Shown here: positions 17,238-28,800 of the stretch, piece by piece | Layout of the letters: each line of letters opens with the position of its first letter | Numbering within the stretch: position 1 is the first letter of the stretch | DNA from: an uncultured delta proteobacterium | GTDB taxonomy: Bacteria > Myxococcota > Kuafuiibacteriia > Kuafuiibacteriales > Kuafuiibacteriaceae | Reading direction: 5' to 3' | Length of the DNA stretch: 64,000 nucleotides | Assembly (NCBI GenBank): GCA_963803435.1 | Contig: CAWDML010000009.1 | Span: 256,001-320,000, forward strand | Made by a program: the position numbers and the translations under genes | Notes under the pieces: model-generated | The model's input: the letters and a program-made list of their open reading frames with translations, nothing else | What the model was told of the DNA's origin: nothing | The model's database searches: none

Positions 17238-19501
17238 CCCCGCTCGCGGACGATGCCAAGGCCGCCGCGTTCTCGAGCACGCTCTGCGCGGCGGCGATGA
17301 TCGCGCACCAAGTGGCCGCCAAGGCCTCGCGCGACGCGTTCTTCCTCAGCTCGTTCGAGGTGACCTTGCTGCCGAGAATGGTGGTGGTCTCTGCGATCCT
17401 CTCGGTCGCCGTCGTGCTGCTCTCGGCCCGGGCCATGACCGTGATGACCCCCGGCCGCGTGGTCCCGAGGGCGTTCGTGGCCAGCGCCCTCCTGCTCCTG
17501 TCGGAGTGGGCGATGCTGGTGCGTTTCCACCAGGCGGGCACGATCGTCTTCTATCTCCACACGATCGTGTTCGGCTCCGTGCTCACCTCGGGGTTCTGGT
17601 CGATGGTCAACGAGCGCTTCGATCCGCACACCGCCAAGCAGATCGTGGGACGCATCGCCTCGGGCGGGACGCTGGGCGCGCTGATCGGCGGGATCTCGGC
17701 CGAGCGGATCGGCGCCAACCTCGATCTGTCGGTGGTGCTGCCGTTCCTGGCGGTGCTCCATCTGTTCTGCGCCTGGGTGGTGCGCGACCTGCGGGGCGGT
17801 GGCGGTCCGGTCCGCCGCCGTCCGCTGGCCCGCGGGAGCGTCGATTCGGGGCTCAGCGTGCTGGCGGGCTCACCGTACCTCCGCTCGATGGCGATGCTGG
17901 TGGCGCTCAGCACGGCGGCGGCCGCATTGCTCGACTACCTGTTCAAGGCGGAGGCCACACACGCGTTCGCGAGCGGCGAGGAGCTGGTGCGCTTCTTCGC
18001 CGCGCTCTACGCCTCGACGGGCCTGATCTCCTTCGTGGTGCAGACCGCGCTCTCGGCCCGGGCGCTGGAGAAGCTCGGCCTGGGCCGGACGGTCGCGCTC
18101 CTGCCGATCTCCTGCGGGCTGGGGAGCCTGCTCGCCATCCCGCTCCCGGGGCTCTTTCCGCTCGCGGTGACCCGGGGGACCGAGTCGCTGCTGCGGACCT
18201 CGCTGTATCGCTCGGCCTACGAGCTCCTCTACACGCCGGTGGCGCCTTCGAAGAAGCGCGCCACCAAGTCGATCATCGACGTGCTCTGCGATCGCTTCGG
18301 TGACGTCGCCGGCGGTGCGCTGGTGGCCGTGGTGCTCGCGGTCGCGGCGCCCGAGGCCTCGCGCGTTTGGCTGCTCGTGCTGGCGGGGCTCCTCTCCATC
18401 GCCGCGGTGGCCGTGGCGATGCGGCTGCAGAAGGGCTACGTCGAGACGCTGGCGGCGAGCCTGGTCGAGATGGGCTCCAACCTGAAGGCGCCGGGGCCCC
18501 GCGTCTCGGAGGTCGGGCGTGTGGTCCAGTTCACCGAGATGATGCTGTTCGACCGGGAGCAGGGAGCCTTCCTCTCCGCGGATCCGGACACGCTCCTCAC
18601 CGGCACGGGTCTCACGGCGGAGCTCTCGCCCACCCACACGATCGCGGTGCCGGCCTCGTCGTTGATCCTGGGCGACGCGGAGCGCGCCGCGATGCTCGAC
18701 TCCGGGGATCCGGTCCGCATCCGCTTCTCGCTGACGCAAGGCAGGTTGACGGACGAGCTGGTCCCTCGTGCGGTTCGCCTGCTGGCGCTGAACGACGTCA
18801 TGGTCGACGCGATCCTCGCGCTCTCGAAGGTCGTCGATCGGGAGGTGGATCGATTGGTGACCTTCCTCCTCGACCCCGACGAGGACTTCGCGGTGCGCCG
18901 CCGCTTGCCGCGCGTGCTGGCACACTCCACGGTGGCCCGTGCCCTCGACGGCCTCACGTCCGGCCTCGGCGATCGCCGGTTCGAGGTCCGCTTCCAGTGC
19001 GGACGCGCGCTCGCCCGGATGGCGCCCGGGCCCCGGGCCGTCGACCGGGAGCGGATCCTGTCCGCGGTGGCGCGCGAGGTCGCGGTCGATCGAGGGGTCT
19101 GGGAGAGCCATCGGCTGCTCGACGCCATCCCGGCCGACGAGTCGAACGTGTTCGAGGACGCGCTCCTCGAGGATCGGGCCAGCCGGAGCATGCAGCACGT
19201 GTTCACGATGCTCTCCCTGGTCCTGGGCCAGGAGGCTCTCGAGGTCGCATACCGGGGCCTGTTCACCGATGATCCGACGTTGCGCGGGACGTCGCTCGAG
19301 TATCTGGCGTCGGTGATCCCGGAGCCGATCCGGCTCAAGCTGTGGCCGTTCCTCGACGCCGGGCCGGTCGCGCTCGTCCGGCCGCGGCAGGAGGTCCTGG
19401 AGGACCTGATGCGCTCCCGCGGCTCGATCATGCTCAAGCTCGAGGAGCTCCAGGGCCTCGAGAGGGAAGACCGGGCGGTCGGCGATCGTAACAAGGGCTG
19501 A
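17234..19501 (+). CDS. NTT/TLC (ATP/ADP translocase)-like MFS transporter fused to HEAT-like repeats
   Basis: ATGA overlap with the kinase stop; KASRDAFFL, FWSMVNERFD, RSAYELLYTP..KRATKSIID..DRFGD; helical repeat C-terminus. Confidence 0.72.
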   Translation: MTPLADDAKAAAFSSTLCAAAMIAHQVAAKASRDAFFLSSFEVTLLPRMVVVSAILSVAVVLLSARAMTVMTPGRVVPRAFVASALLLLSEWAMLVRFHQAGTIVFYLHTIVFGSVLTSGFWSMVNERFDPHTAKQIVGRIASGGTLGALIGGISAERIGANLDLSVVLPFLAVLHLFCAWVVRDLRGGGGPVRRRPLARGSVDSGLSVLAGSPYLRSMAMLVALSTAAAALLDYLFKAEATHAFASGEELVRFFAALYASTGLISFVVQTALSARALEKLGLGRTVALLPISCGLGSLLAIPLPGLFPLAVTRGTESLLRTSLYRSAYELLYTPVAPSKKRATKSIIDVLCDRFGDVAGGALVAVVLAVAAPEASRVWLLVLAGLLSIAAVAVAMRLQKGYVETLAASLVEMGSNLKAPGPRVSEVGRVVQFTEMMLFDREQGAFLSADPDTLLTGTGLTAELSPTHTIAVPASSLILGDAERAAMLDSGDPVRIRFSLTQGRLTDELVPRAVRLLALNDVMVDAILALSKVVDREVDRLVTFLLDPDEDFAVRRRLPRVLAHSTVARALDGLTSGLGDRRFEVRFQCGRALARMAPGPRAVDRERILSAVAREVAVDRGVWESHRLLDAIPADESNVFEDALLEDRASRSMQHVFTMLSLVLGQEALEVAYRGLFTDDPTLRGTSLEYLASVIPEPIRLKLWPFLDAGPVALVRPRQEVLEDLMRSRGSIMLKLEELQGLEREDRAVGDRNKG

Positions 19502-19509
19502 GCACGATC

Positions 19510-22206
19510 ATGGTGTTCGATCGCCTACGCTCCAACCTGGCGGCCGACCACACCAGCTTCGTGGGACGCGCCGCCGCCGTCGCCGATCTCTCCGGCCGGC
19601 TGGATCGCGACCGGGCCGTCACGCTGGTCGGAGACGAGGGTGTGGGCAAGACCCGGACCGCCAAGGAGGTGGCCCGGGACCGTGCCAGCACGCAGGACGC
19701 CGTCGCGTTCGTCGATCTCTCCGCCGCGCTCGACGGGGACGACGTCCTCCGCGCCGTGGCCTCCGCGCTCGAGCTGGCCCTCAGCCCCGACGACGACGCG
19801 GGCCGAGTGGGCGCGCTCTTCGAAGGGCTCGGACGCACGCTGCTGGTGCTCGACAACTTCGAGCACCTGGCCCACTCCGCCCAGGACCTGATCGCGGGCT
19901 GGCTCGGATCGACCGAGCGCGCCTGCTTCCTGATCACCTCCCGCCGGCCGCTCGGCCTCGAGCGCGAGGCGGTGTACCCGCTCGAGTCGCTGCGCGCCGG
20001 CGAGGCGATGGCGCTGTTCGAGAGCCGCGCGCGCATGGTCCGCTACGACTTCGCGGTCCACGCCCGCAATCGGGACACGGTGGCCGAGATCGTGGAGCGC
20101 CTGGCCCGCCTACCCCTCGCGATCGAGCTGGCCGCCGCCCAGACCGATCTCCTCGCGCCCGACGCGCTGCTCGCCCGGCTTCGCGCGCGCGCCGATCACC
20201 TGACGCTGGACGATGCGATCGAGTGGTCGTGGCACCTGCTGACGCCGTGGGAGCGCTCCGCACTGGCGCAGTGCTCGGTCTTCCGCGGCGGGTTCGATCT
20301 GATCGCGGCCGAGCAGGTCCTGGATCTGTCCGAGCACCCCGGCGCACCGCGCGTCCTCGACGTCATCCGATCCCTGAGGACCAAGGGCCTGCTCCGCTCG
20401 TACTCGCCGGCCGCCTTTCCCAGCGAGGTTCGCTTCGATCTCTACGAGAGCGTACGCGCTTTCGCCTGGGACACGATGGCCGGCGATGTGGATCGTCTGA
20501 CGCTCCAGCACGCACGCCGCTACCTGGCGGTCGCGCGGGCGTGGAGCGAGCTGCTCGACAGCGACCGCGAGGCCCGCGGCCGCGCCGACCTCGAGACGGA
20601 CAACCTGCTGGCCGCACAGCGACGCACGGAGGCCCGGCAGCCCACGCTCTCTGCGCAGCTGGGGTTGGCGCTCGACCGCGTGCTTCCCGGACGTTCGCCC
20701 TATCGTCTCCGCCGCAGCGTCCTCGATCGCGCGGTCGGCGCCGCGGCGGCCTCCGGAGGCGGGGAGCTCCTGGGCACGGCGCTCCTGGCGCGCGGCAACT
20801 TCGAGCGTGCGCTGACCCCGTCCGACGAGGCGCTCGCCGACATCACGCGGGCCGCGGCGCTGGCGAGCGACACGGGGGCGCGCGTGCTGGAGGGGGAGGC
20901 GATCCTCGCGCACGCCAAGGCGTGGGCCGATCGCGGCGAGCTCGATCGCGCGCTCGAGGGCTATCGATCCGCACAGACGATCTTCGAGGCCGAGCACGCG
21001 CGCCGGCAGGAGGGCGAGGTGATCGGCTGCCTGGGGAACCTGTACTTCACCCGGGGGCAGCTCGATCGGGCGGCCGCGCTGTTCGCCCGCGCGCTCGAGC
21101 TGCACCGCGCCAGCGGCAACGTCCGCGGCGAGGGGATCACGCTGTCCAACCTGGCCGCGCTGTGTGAGGAGCGCGGGAGCCTCGCCGAGGCTCGCGGCCA
21201 CTACCGCTCGGCCCAAGACATCCACCAGCGCATCGGCAACCGGCGCTCCGAGGGGATCGTCCTCACGAACCTCGGCAACCTGTACCGTCGTGAGGGGCGC
21301 TTCGACGAGGCCCGAAGCGCCTATCGCGAGGCGCTCGGGATCCATCGCGAGGTCCGCAATCGAAGGTCGGAGGCGATCGTCCTGGGTTGCCTGGGCGCGC
21401 TCGCGATCGAGGAGCACACCGAGGCCTTCGAGGCCGCCCGCGGGTGGCTCGAGGCGGCGATCACGCTCTCGTCGGAGGTCGGCGCCGCGCGATCGGCGGG
21501 CATCGATCGGGTCCGCCTCGCGATCGTCGATCACCTGGAGGGCGATCTGCCGGCAGCGCGCGCCGGGTTGATCCGCGCGATCGACGATCTGGAGGCGATC
21601 GGCGATCGCCGGCACGCCGCGCTGGGCCGCGCGCATCTGGGCGCAGTGCTCGCGGAGCTGGGATCGGGCGCCGAGGCCCTGCGAGCCCTCGAGGCAGCCC
21701 GGACGACGCTGCTGGTGCTCTCGGACGTGCACCTCTGCGCTGTGGTCGAGATCCTGGCGGCGGCGCTCGACACGGGAAAGCTGGCGACGCTGGTGGAGGC
21801 CGAACGCGCCATCCCCACGGCGGAGGCGCGCATCGCCGAGCTGACGGTCAAGCGCATGCTGATCCGCGCGCGCGCCCGGCTCGAGGGTCGCCAGGCCTTG
21901 ATGATCGGACCCGAAGCCCGCTGGTTCCGGATCGCGGAGCGCGAGGTCTCGCTGGAGCGCCGGCGGAACCTCCGCCTGATCGTCGAGGCGCTCGCCCGGC
22001 TCCGATCGGAGCGCCCGGGGGCGGGGATCGGCGTACGCGAGCTCTTCGCCGAGGCCTGGCCCGGCGTCATCGCGACCAGCGAGTCGAGCGCGCACCGGGT
22101 CTACGTCGCCATCGCGGAGCTGCGCAGGATGGGGCTGGCGGAGATCCTGGTGGCGCGCGAGGAGGGATACCTCTTCGATCCCGCCGTCCGGTTGATCCGC
22201 AACTGA
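19510..22206 (+). CDS. STAND/NB-ARC-like ATPase with TPR repeats and C-terminal winged-helix-like domain
   Basis: Walker A GDEGVGKT, Walker B LLVLDNFE, LPLAIELAAA, TPR units such as GNRRSEGIVLTNLGNLY. Confidence 0.85.
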   Translation: MVFDRLRSNLAADHTSFVGRAAAVADLSGRLDRDRAVTLVGDEGVGKTRTAKEVARDRASTQDAVAFVDLSAALDGDDVLRAVASALELALSPDDDAGRVGALFEGLGRTLLVLDNFEHLAHSAQDLIAGWLGSTERACFLITSRRPLGLEREAVYPLESLRAGEAMALFESRARMVRYDFAVHARNRDTVAEIVERLARLPLAIELAAAQTDLLAPDALLARLRARADHLTLDDAIEWSWHLLTPWERSALAQCSVFRGGFDLIAAEQVLDLSEHPGAPRVLDVIRSLRTKGLLRSYSPAAFPSEVRFDLYESVRAFAWDTMAGDVDRLTLQHARRYLAVARAWSELLDSDREARGRADLETDNLLAAQRRTEARQPTLSAQLGLALDRVLPGRSPYRLRRSVLDRAVGAAAASGGGELLGTALLARGNFERALTPSDEALADITRAAALASDTGARVLEGEAILAHAKAWADRGELDRALEGYRSAQTIFEAEHARRQEGEVIGCLGNLYFTRGQLDRAAALFARALELHRASGNVRGEGITLSNLAALCEERGSLAEARGHYRSAQDIHQRIGNRRSEGIVLTNLGNLYRREGRFDEARSAYREALGIHREVRNRRSEAIVLGCLGALAIEEHTEAFEAARGWLEAAITLSSEVGAARSAGIDRVRLAIVDHLEGDLPAARAGLIRAIDDLEAIGDRRHAALGRAHLGAVLAELGSGAEALRALEAARTTLLVLSDVHLCAVVEILAAALDTGKLATLVEAERAIPTAEARIAELTVKRMLIRARARLEGRQALMIGPEARWFRIAEREVSLERRRNLRLIVEALARLRSERPGAGIGVRELFAEAWPGVIATSESSAHRVYVAIAELRRMGLAEILVAREEGYLFDPAVRLIRN

Positions 22207-22246
22207 GCGCGACTCCGACGCGCGGCTTCGTGCTAGCGTCCGCCGC

Positions 22247-23730
22247 GTGAAAAAGGTCGCGGTGAGTCTGCTCGCGGTCTCGGCATGCGTGGCGCCGATG
22301 AAGGAGTCGAGCGCGTCCGATCCCAAGGCCCCCATCGAGCTGCTCCCGCCGCTCGGCCACAGGAACGCGCGCGGTCCCGAGCAGCCGGAATTGGCGCCAA
22401 AGCCGGCGGCCGAGGCGCGAGCGATCGTCGGAGGGACGCTGCTGCTGGGGGAGGGCCACCGGATCGAGGACGGCGTGATCCTGTTCGATCAGGGCAAGAT
22501 CGTCGCGGTGGGCAAGCGCGGCGAGGTCTCGGTGCCGAAGGGTGTGAAGACGATCGAGGCGCGCGGCAAGTTCGTGACGCCCGGGTTGATCGACACGCAC
22601 TCGCACATGGGGGTCTACGCGGTCCCGGACACCCTGCCGACCGCGGACGGCAACGAGATGACCGATCCCACCACGCCCTACGTCTTCAGCGAGCACTCGT
22701 TTTGGCCGCAGGATCCGGCGCTGCTCCGGGCGGTGGCCGGCGGCATCACCACCATCCAGGTGCTGCCCGGCAGCGGCAACGTGATCGGCGGGCGCGCCGT
22801 CACGCTCAAGCTCAATCCCCGGCTCGAGGCCCGGGCGATGCGCTTCCCGGGCGCGCCGAACGGTCTGAAGATGGCGTGCGGCGAGAACCCGAAGCGCGTC
22901 TACGGGAGCCGGAATCAGCAGCCGATGTCGCGCATGGGCAACATCTGGAAGCTGCGCGACGCGTACATCAAGGCGAAGGAGTACGCGTTCGATCTCGCCG
23001 CGTACCAGCAGCAGTACGAGGCCTGGGAGAAGAAGCGCGCAGCGGCGGAGAAGGACCCGGACCACGCCAAGGATCCGGCCCCGAACCGCGGGCGCCGGCG
23101 CGCAACGTCGGGCTCGAGACGCTGGCCGACGTGATGGCGGGGAAGATCAAGCTGCACATCCACTGCTACCGCGCGGACGAGATGCTCCTGTTGATCTCGC
23201 TGTCGAAGGAGCTCGGGTTCAAGATCGCGTCCTTCCACCACGCGGTGGAGGCCTACAAGATCGCCGACGTGCTGGCGCGCGAGGGCATCGGCGCCTCGAT
23301 GTGGGCCGACTGGTGGGGCTTCAAGCTGGAGGCCTACGACGCGGTGGAGGCCAACGCGGCGATGGTGGCGGCCGCGGGGGGGATCGCCATCATGCACTCG
23401 GACAGCCCGATCCTCATCCAGCGCCTCAACCAGGAGGCGGCCAAGGCGCTCCACGAGGGCCAGCGCCTGGGGCTGAAGCTGAGCGAGGACGACGCGCTCG
23501 AATGGGTCACGCTCAACCCGGCCAAGGTCCTCGGGATCGATCAGATGACCGGCTCGCTGGCCAAGGGAAAGATGGCGGACGCGGTGATCTGGGATCACAA
23601 CCCGCTCTCGATCTACGCCCGCGCCGAGAAGGTGTTCATCGACGGCGCGCTGGTCTTCGATCGCTCGGCGCCGTCGAAGGCGTGGAGCGACTTCGAGACC
23701 GGCACCGAGATGGAAGGAGTGACGCCGTGA
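22247..23730 (+). CDS. Exported amidohydrolase-family protein (frameshift near 23090)
   Basis: Lipobox VSAC, PGLIDTHSHMG, LKMACGENPK, HIHCYRADE, FHHAVEAYK, HSDS. Confidence 0.88.
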
Positions 23731-24983
23731 TGCGCACCCTGTTCCTGATCTCTCTGTTGGCGGCGGGTCCGGCGGAGGCCGCCGACCTGGCGCTGGTGGG
23801 CGGGGAGGTGCACACGGTCGGCGGCGCGGTCATCCCGAACGGGACGGTGGTGGTGCACGGCGAGCGGATCGTCGCCGTGGGCAAGGACGTCCCCGTGCCC
23901 TCGGGCGCGCAGGTCATCGATTGCCGCGGCAAGGTGATCACGCCCGGTCTGATCGAGAGCGACTCGGCCATCGGGCTGGTGGAGATCGAGCTGATCGACG
24001 AGACCGTCGACAACGTGGTGCGGGTGCCCGATCCGATCCGCGCGGCCGTGCGAGCGGCCGATGCGATCGATCTGCGCTCCACCCTGGTCGCGGTCGCGCG
24101 CCACCACGGCGTGACCTCGGCGGTGTCCGTACCCGTGGGCGGCCTGATCTCGGGGCGCTCGGCCTGGATCGATCTGGTGGCCGAGGACTCGCCGCTCTTG
24201 CCGCAGGCGGTCCTGCCCGACACGGCGATGCACGCGGTCCTGGGCGAGCTGGGCGCCGGGGCCGTGGGACACTCCCGCGCGACCGCCATGTCGAAGTTGC
24301 TGGAGGCGCTCGACGACGCCCGCGTCTACCGGAGCAGCAAGTCGGCGTTCGTCAAGAACGCGCTCTATCACCTCTCGATCAGCCGGCTCGACGCCGAGGC
24401 CTTGCAACCCGTGTTGACCGGACAGATGCGCCTGGTGCTGGCCGCCTCCCGCGCCTCCGATATCAGCGCCGCCCTCCGGATGGCGCAGAAGGAGAAGCTG
24501 AAGATCGCGATCGTGGGCGCCGAGGAAGGCTGGCTGGTCGCAGGCGAGCTCGCCCGCGCCAAGGTCCCGGTGATCGTGGACGCCTTCGCGGATCTCCCCA
24601 CGCGCTTCGAGGCGCGGGGCTCCCGCCTGGACAACGCCGCCCTGCTCGCCAAGGCCGGCGTCGACGTCGCCATCGCGACCCGCTCCAGCCACAACGCCAG
24701 CATGCTCCGCTTCGCCCTGGGCAACGCGGTCCGCTCCGGGCTGCCGAAGGAGGTCGCGCTGGCGGCGGCGACCCGCGTACCCGCGCAGATCTTCGGGAAG
24801 AGCGCGCAGTACGGGACGATCGAGAGGAACAAGGTCGCGAACCTGGTGGTGTGGACCGGCGATCCGTTCGAGCCGGCGAACCACGCGGAGACGGTGGTGA
24901 TCCGCGGCGAAGTGCAGACGACCGAGAGCCGGATGACCCGGCTCGCCGCGAAGCATGCGCGGCGGTTGGGGTTGATCAAATGA
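23730..24983 (+). CDS. Amidohydrolase-family protein lacking the HxH metal motif
   Basis: Signal peptide, VITPGLIESDSAIG, GTIERNKVANLVVW; TGATG coupling with the upstream gene. Confidence 0.85.
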   Translation: MRTLFLISLLAAGPAEAADLALVGGEVHTVGGAVIPNGTVVVHGERIVAVGKDVPVPSGAQVIDCRGKVITPGLIESDSAIGLVEIELIDETVDNVVRVPDPIRAAVRAADAIDLRSTLVAVARHHGVTSAVSVPVGGLISGRSAWIDLVAEDSPLLPQAVLPDTAMHAVLGELGAGAVGHSRATAMSKLLEALDDARVYRSSKSAFVKNALYHLSISRLDAEALQPVLTGQMRLVLAASRASDISAALRMAQKEKLKIAIVGAEEGWLVAGELARAKVPVIVDAFADLPTRFEARGSRLDNAALLAKAGVDVAIATRSSHNASMLRFALGNAVRSGLPKEVALAAATRVPAQIFGKSAQYGTIERNKVANLVVWTGDPFEPANHAETVVIRGEVQTTESRMTRLAAKHARRLGLIK

Positions 24984-25081
24984 CTTCGCGCGACGCCCGC
25001 ACGGCCGCCCTGAGACCGTCACCGTCGCGGCCAGGCAGCACGGTCGCGTGAACCGGCACGGTTAGGACCGGTTGTAGGCCG

Positions 25082-25792
25082 TCAGGCCGGTCGCGCCGCC
25101 CCCAGCGATCGCTTCCAGCGCGCCAGCTCCGGGGGGAGCTCGGCCTCGAACCGCATCGGCTTGCGCGTGCGCGGGTGGACGAACCCGAGCACGGCCGCGT
25201 GGAGGAAGATCCGCTCCGTGCCCTGACGCCCGCCGGCGTACTTGCGCTCTCCGAGCAGCGGATGGCCTGCGTCGGCGAAGTGCACGCGGATCTGATTCCT
25301 GAGCCCGGTCTCCAGCCGGACCTCGACCAGCGTGGCGCTCGGGTAGCGCTCGATCGCGCGCCAGTGGGTGACGGCGCGCCGCGCCGCCCGATCTTTCTGA
25401 TCGGGATCCGAGTACACCCGCAGGGACGGGTCGTCGGTGACGAGCGGGCTGTCGAACGTGCCCTCGTCCGCGGTGAGCCTCCCGGCGACCGCGGCCAGGT
25501 AGCGGCGCTCCACGGTGTGCGCGGCGAACTGCTCGATGAGCCGCGCTTGATCCGAGGCCGTACGTGCGTAGACGAGCAGCCCCGAGACCACCCGATCGAG
25601 GCGGTGCACCGGGAAGACTCCGGTCGAGCGCGCGCCCAGGAAGGCGCGCAGGAGGGAGAGCATGTCCTCGCCCCGACCCGAGCCCGTCCGCTGCGAGAGC
25701 ACGCCGGCCTTCTTCTCCACGACCAGGATCGCGGTGTCCTTGTGTCGGACCAGGAAGCGGTCCGATGGGCGCCAGCGAGTCCGCAGCGTCAT
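25082..25792 (-). CDS. RluA-family pseudouridine synthase
   Basis: VHRLDRVVSGLL, LETGLRNQIRVH, GHPLLG, LHAAVLGF. Confidence 0.92.
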   Translation of the reverse strand: MTLRTRWRPSDRFLVRHKDTAILVVEKKAGVLSQRTGSGRGEDMLSLLRAFLGARSTGVFPVHRLDRVVSGLLVYARTASDQARLIEQFAAHTVERRYLAAVAGRLTADEGTFDSPLVTDDPSLRVYSDPDQKDRAARRAVTHWRAIERYPSATLVEVRLETGLRNQIRVHFADAGHPLLGERKYAGGRQGTERIFLHAAVLGFVHPRTRKPMRFEAELPPELARWKRSLGAARPA

Positions 25793-25883
25793 TGCATTCT
25801 AAGTGCCTGAATTCCCTGCCGGGTCAAGCGAAGCTGTGCGGGCTCGACCTCCGGGCCAATCGCTGGTCTATTGCTCCTCCGCC

Positions 25884-28800
25884 GTGAACGGTTCGGAGAA
25901 TGGGAGAGGGGCCGATTCCTCGCTGGTCGCGCGCGCGACGCGGGATCTGAGGACGCGCTCCGCGGTGAGCTGGAGCGAGTTCCTCCCCCGGTATCTCCTG
26001 ATCGAGGAGGCGCTCCCCAAGCGGAGCGTCCTCGAGGTCGGCACCGTCGACATCCGCTCGCTGATGAGGCTCTCCGAGGCCGGCGCCGCGCGCGTCCTGG
26101 GGACGTCGCACGATCCGACGCGCTTCGATCGCGCCGTCTTTCGCGGGCGGGCCATCGACATGCTGCGGATGGAGCCGGGACGACTCGACTTCGGCGACGC
26201 CGCCTTCGAGGTCATCCTGGTGGTGGACCTCGCGCGGGAGCTGGCCCACAACCGCGGCTTCCTGGCCGACCTGCGGCGCATCCTCCGTCCGGACGGGATC
26301 TGCGTCCTCGGCTACGCGGCCAGCGGACGGTCGCTGGTCGAGCTGATCGACGAGGATCCCAAGATCCTGGCCATCGAGCCCAGCGAGCTGGAGGCCGCGG
26401 TCCGGGTTGCCTTTCCCGACGCGCGCTTCTACCTCCAGGCGCCCTTCGTCGGCGTCACGATCCACCCGAAGGGCGTGGACCCGGCGCGGGCAGACGTTTC
26501 GCTGGATCCGTCGCTCGCGGGCACGCCGGCGCCGAGCCACGTGATCGCGCTGGCGGGCCGGGCCCCCGACGCCTCCTATCGCACGCTGGTCGAGCTCCCG
26601 TTCGTCGCGTTCGAGGCGATGACCGAGGCGGTCCAGGAGCGCACGCAGTCCGATCTCTCCCGGCTGCTGGCCGCCCTCCGCGCCGCGCGCGAGCAGATCG
26701 CGGAGCGCGATCGCTCCCTCGACGCCATCCGGAAGCGACTCCCCAAGATCCGGGAGGCGATCGTGGCCAGCCGCAAGAGCGCCGCGACCTCGGAGGCGGT
26801 CCCCTCGCCGACGATCTTCGAGCGACCCAGCGAGGACCAGCGCGTCGCCGACCTCGAGGCGCGCCTGGCCGGCCTCGACGAAGCCCTCCGGGAGGAGCGC
26901 ACCCGGCGGATCGCGGCCGAGACCCGGATCGAGGTGCTCGGGGACGAGGACGTCAACGACACCGTCATCCAGGACGCCGAGGTCGCGGTCCTGGAGCGCG
27001 CGCTCGTGGATCGCGAGCAGGAGAAGCTGCGTTTCGAGGCCGAGCTGGTGGCGCTCCGCGAGCTGGACCGCGAGCGCGCCGGCGACGTGGCCCTGCTCGA
27101 GTCTCGGACCCGCGAGCTGGAGATGGACCTCGAGCGGACGCGCGCGATGTCCCGCGAGCGCGACTCGGATCGAGCCGAGCTCGGCGAAGCGCGGCGCCGG
27201 ATCACGCACCTCGAGCGGACCGCGTCGGCGCAGGAGCAGGAGCTCGACGAGCTCCGGCGCGAGCTCGAGAGCCAGTTCCTGGTGCGCCACTCCCTCGGCG
27301 ACGAGTTCCGCGACTCGGAGGCGCGGATCGCCTTCCTCAACGGACGGCTCGAGGATCTCGCGCTCAGCCACGCGAAGGAGCTCGAGCGCGCCGAGGAGCG
27401 GATCGTCTTCCTCACCTCTGCGCTCAACACGGCGGACCTCGAGCGCGAGACCCTGCGCACGGATCTCGTCCAGCTCGACGAGACCGTGCGCGAGATGACC
27501 GAGCGGACCGAGCGCGCCGAGCGGCGTCATCGGACGCTGGCGCAGGAGCTCGAGAGCGAGCGGACCGCCCACTACCACGTCCGAGACCGGCTCGATCGGC
27601 TGCAGATGGAGACGCACGAACGTTCCTCGTCGACCGATCGACTGGAGCGCGCGCTGGCGGACCGCGACGTCGAGATCGCGCTGCTCAAGAAGGATCACAG
27701 CGCGGTGGGCGTGGATCGTCGCGCGGTCGAGCTGGCGGCGGCGCACCTCTCCAAGGAGGTCGAGCAGCTCCGGAAGCGCGTGCAAGAGCTCCGGAACGAG
27801 CGCGACACGCTGGCGGCCACCTCGCGGCTCCTCCTGGAGGAGCGCGACGCCGCCGCGACCCTGGCGCGACGAGCCGTGGAGGCGGAGGACCGGGCGCAGC
27901 AGCTCCAGCTCTCGCTCGAGGGCGGCCAGGCAGCGATCGAGCGTCTCGAGCGCGAGTGCGACGACGTCTGCCTCCAGCGGGACGCGTTCGAGCAGCGCTA
28001 CCTCGAGTCGCAAGAGCGCTTGCGGATGCTCGAGAAAGACCTCGAGCGCAACCGCGCCTCGCACGCGCTGGCCAGCGGCCGCCTGGGCGAGGAGCAGTCG
28101 CGGCAGCACGCGCTCGATCGCAAGCTGGCCGAGCTGTCCGGGCGGGTGAACGTTGCCGAGGCTCAGCGCGATCGAGCGGTGGCGGACCGGTCGCGTCTCG
28201 AGGAGATCACGATCGACGCGCACCGGGAGGCGACCAACGCGACGCGCGACGTGCGGCGGCTCGAGGCCCGGATCGTCGAGCTGTTCGAGGTCCAGAAGGA
28301 GGCTGAGCAACAGGTCGGTCGGATCCTGTCGGAGCGCGCGAAGGCGGAGGCCGACGCGATCGGCGCGCGCGCGCTCGCCGACGGCTTCCGCGGCAAGAAC
28401 GCGCTCCTGGTGGCCGAGGTCGCGGAGCTGGAGGCGCGGGTCGAACGTGCGCGGGCCGAGGGCGGCGGCCGGGAGCGGGCGCTCGTGGACCGGCTGGCCC
28501 GCGCCACCCGGGCCGTGGAGCAGACCGAGCTGGCGCTCTCGAAGACGTTGTCCGAGGCCGCCGGCCTGGACGCGCGGCTCAAGGAGCTCGAGCGCCTGGC
28601 GGAGGCCGGCGAGCGCGAGCGGATTCGAGATCGAGGATCAGCGTCAAGCCGCGGAGTCGGCCCGCCGCAGCGCCGAGGCGGCCCGGGCCCACGCAATCGC
28701 GGAGGTGCGCGCGCTCTCGGCGGAGCGCTCCCAGCTGATCGCGCGCTTCGAGGCGGAGCTCCACGCGTCCCGAGAGCGGATCCGCGAGCTCGAAGGCGAC

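Noticed and set aside
15836-19501. 1221-aa ORF
   Set aside because: First ~466 aa are an off-frame reading of the kinase; the real gene starts at ATG 17234
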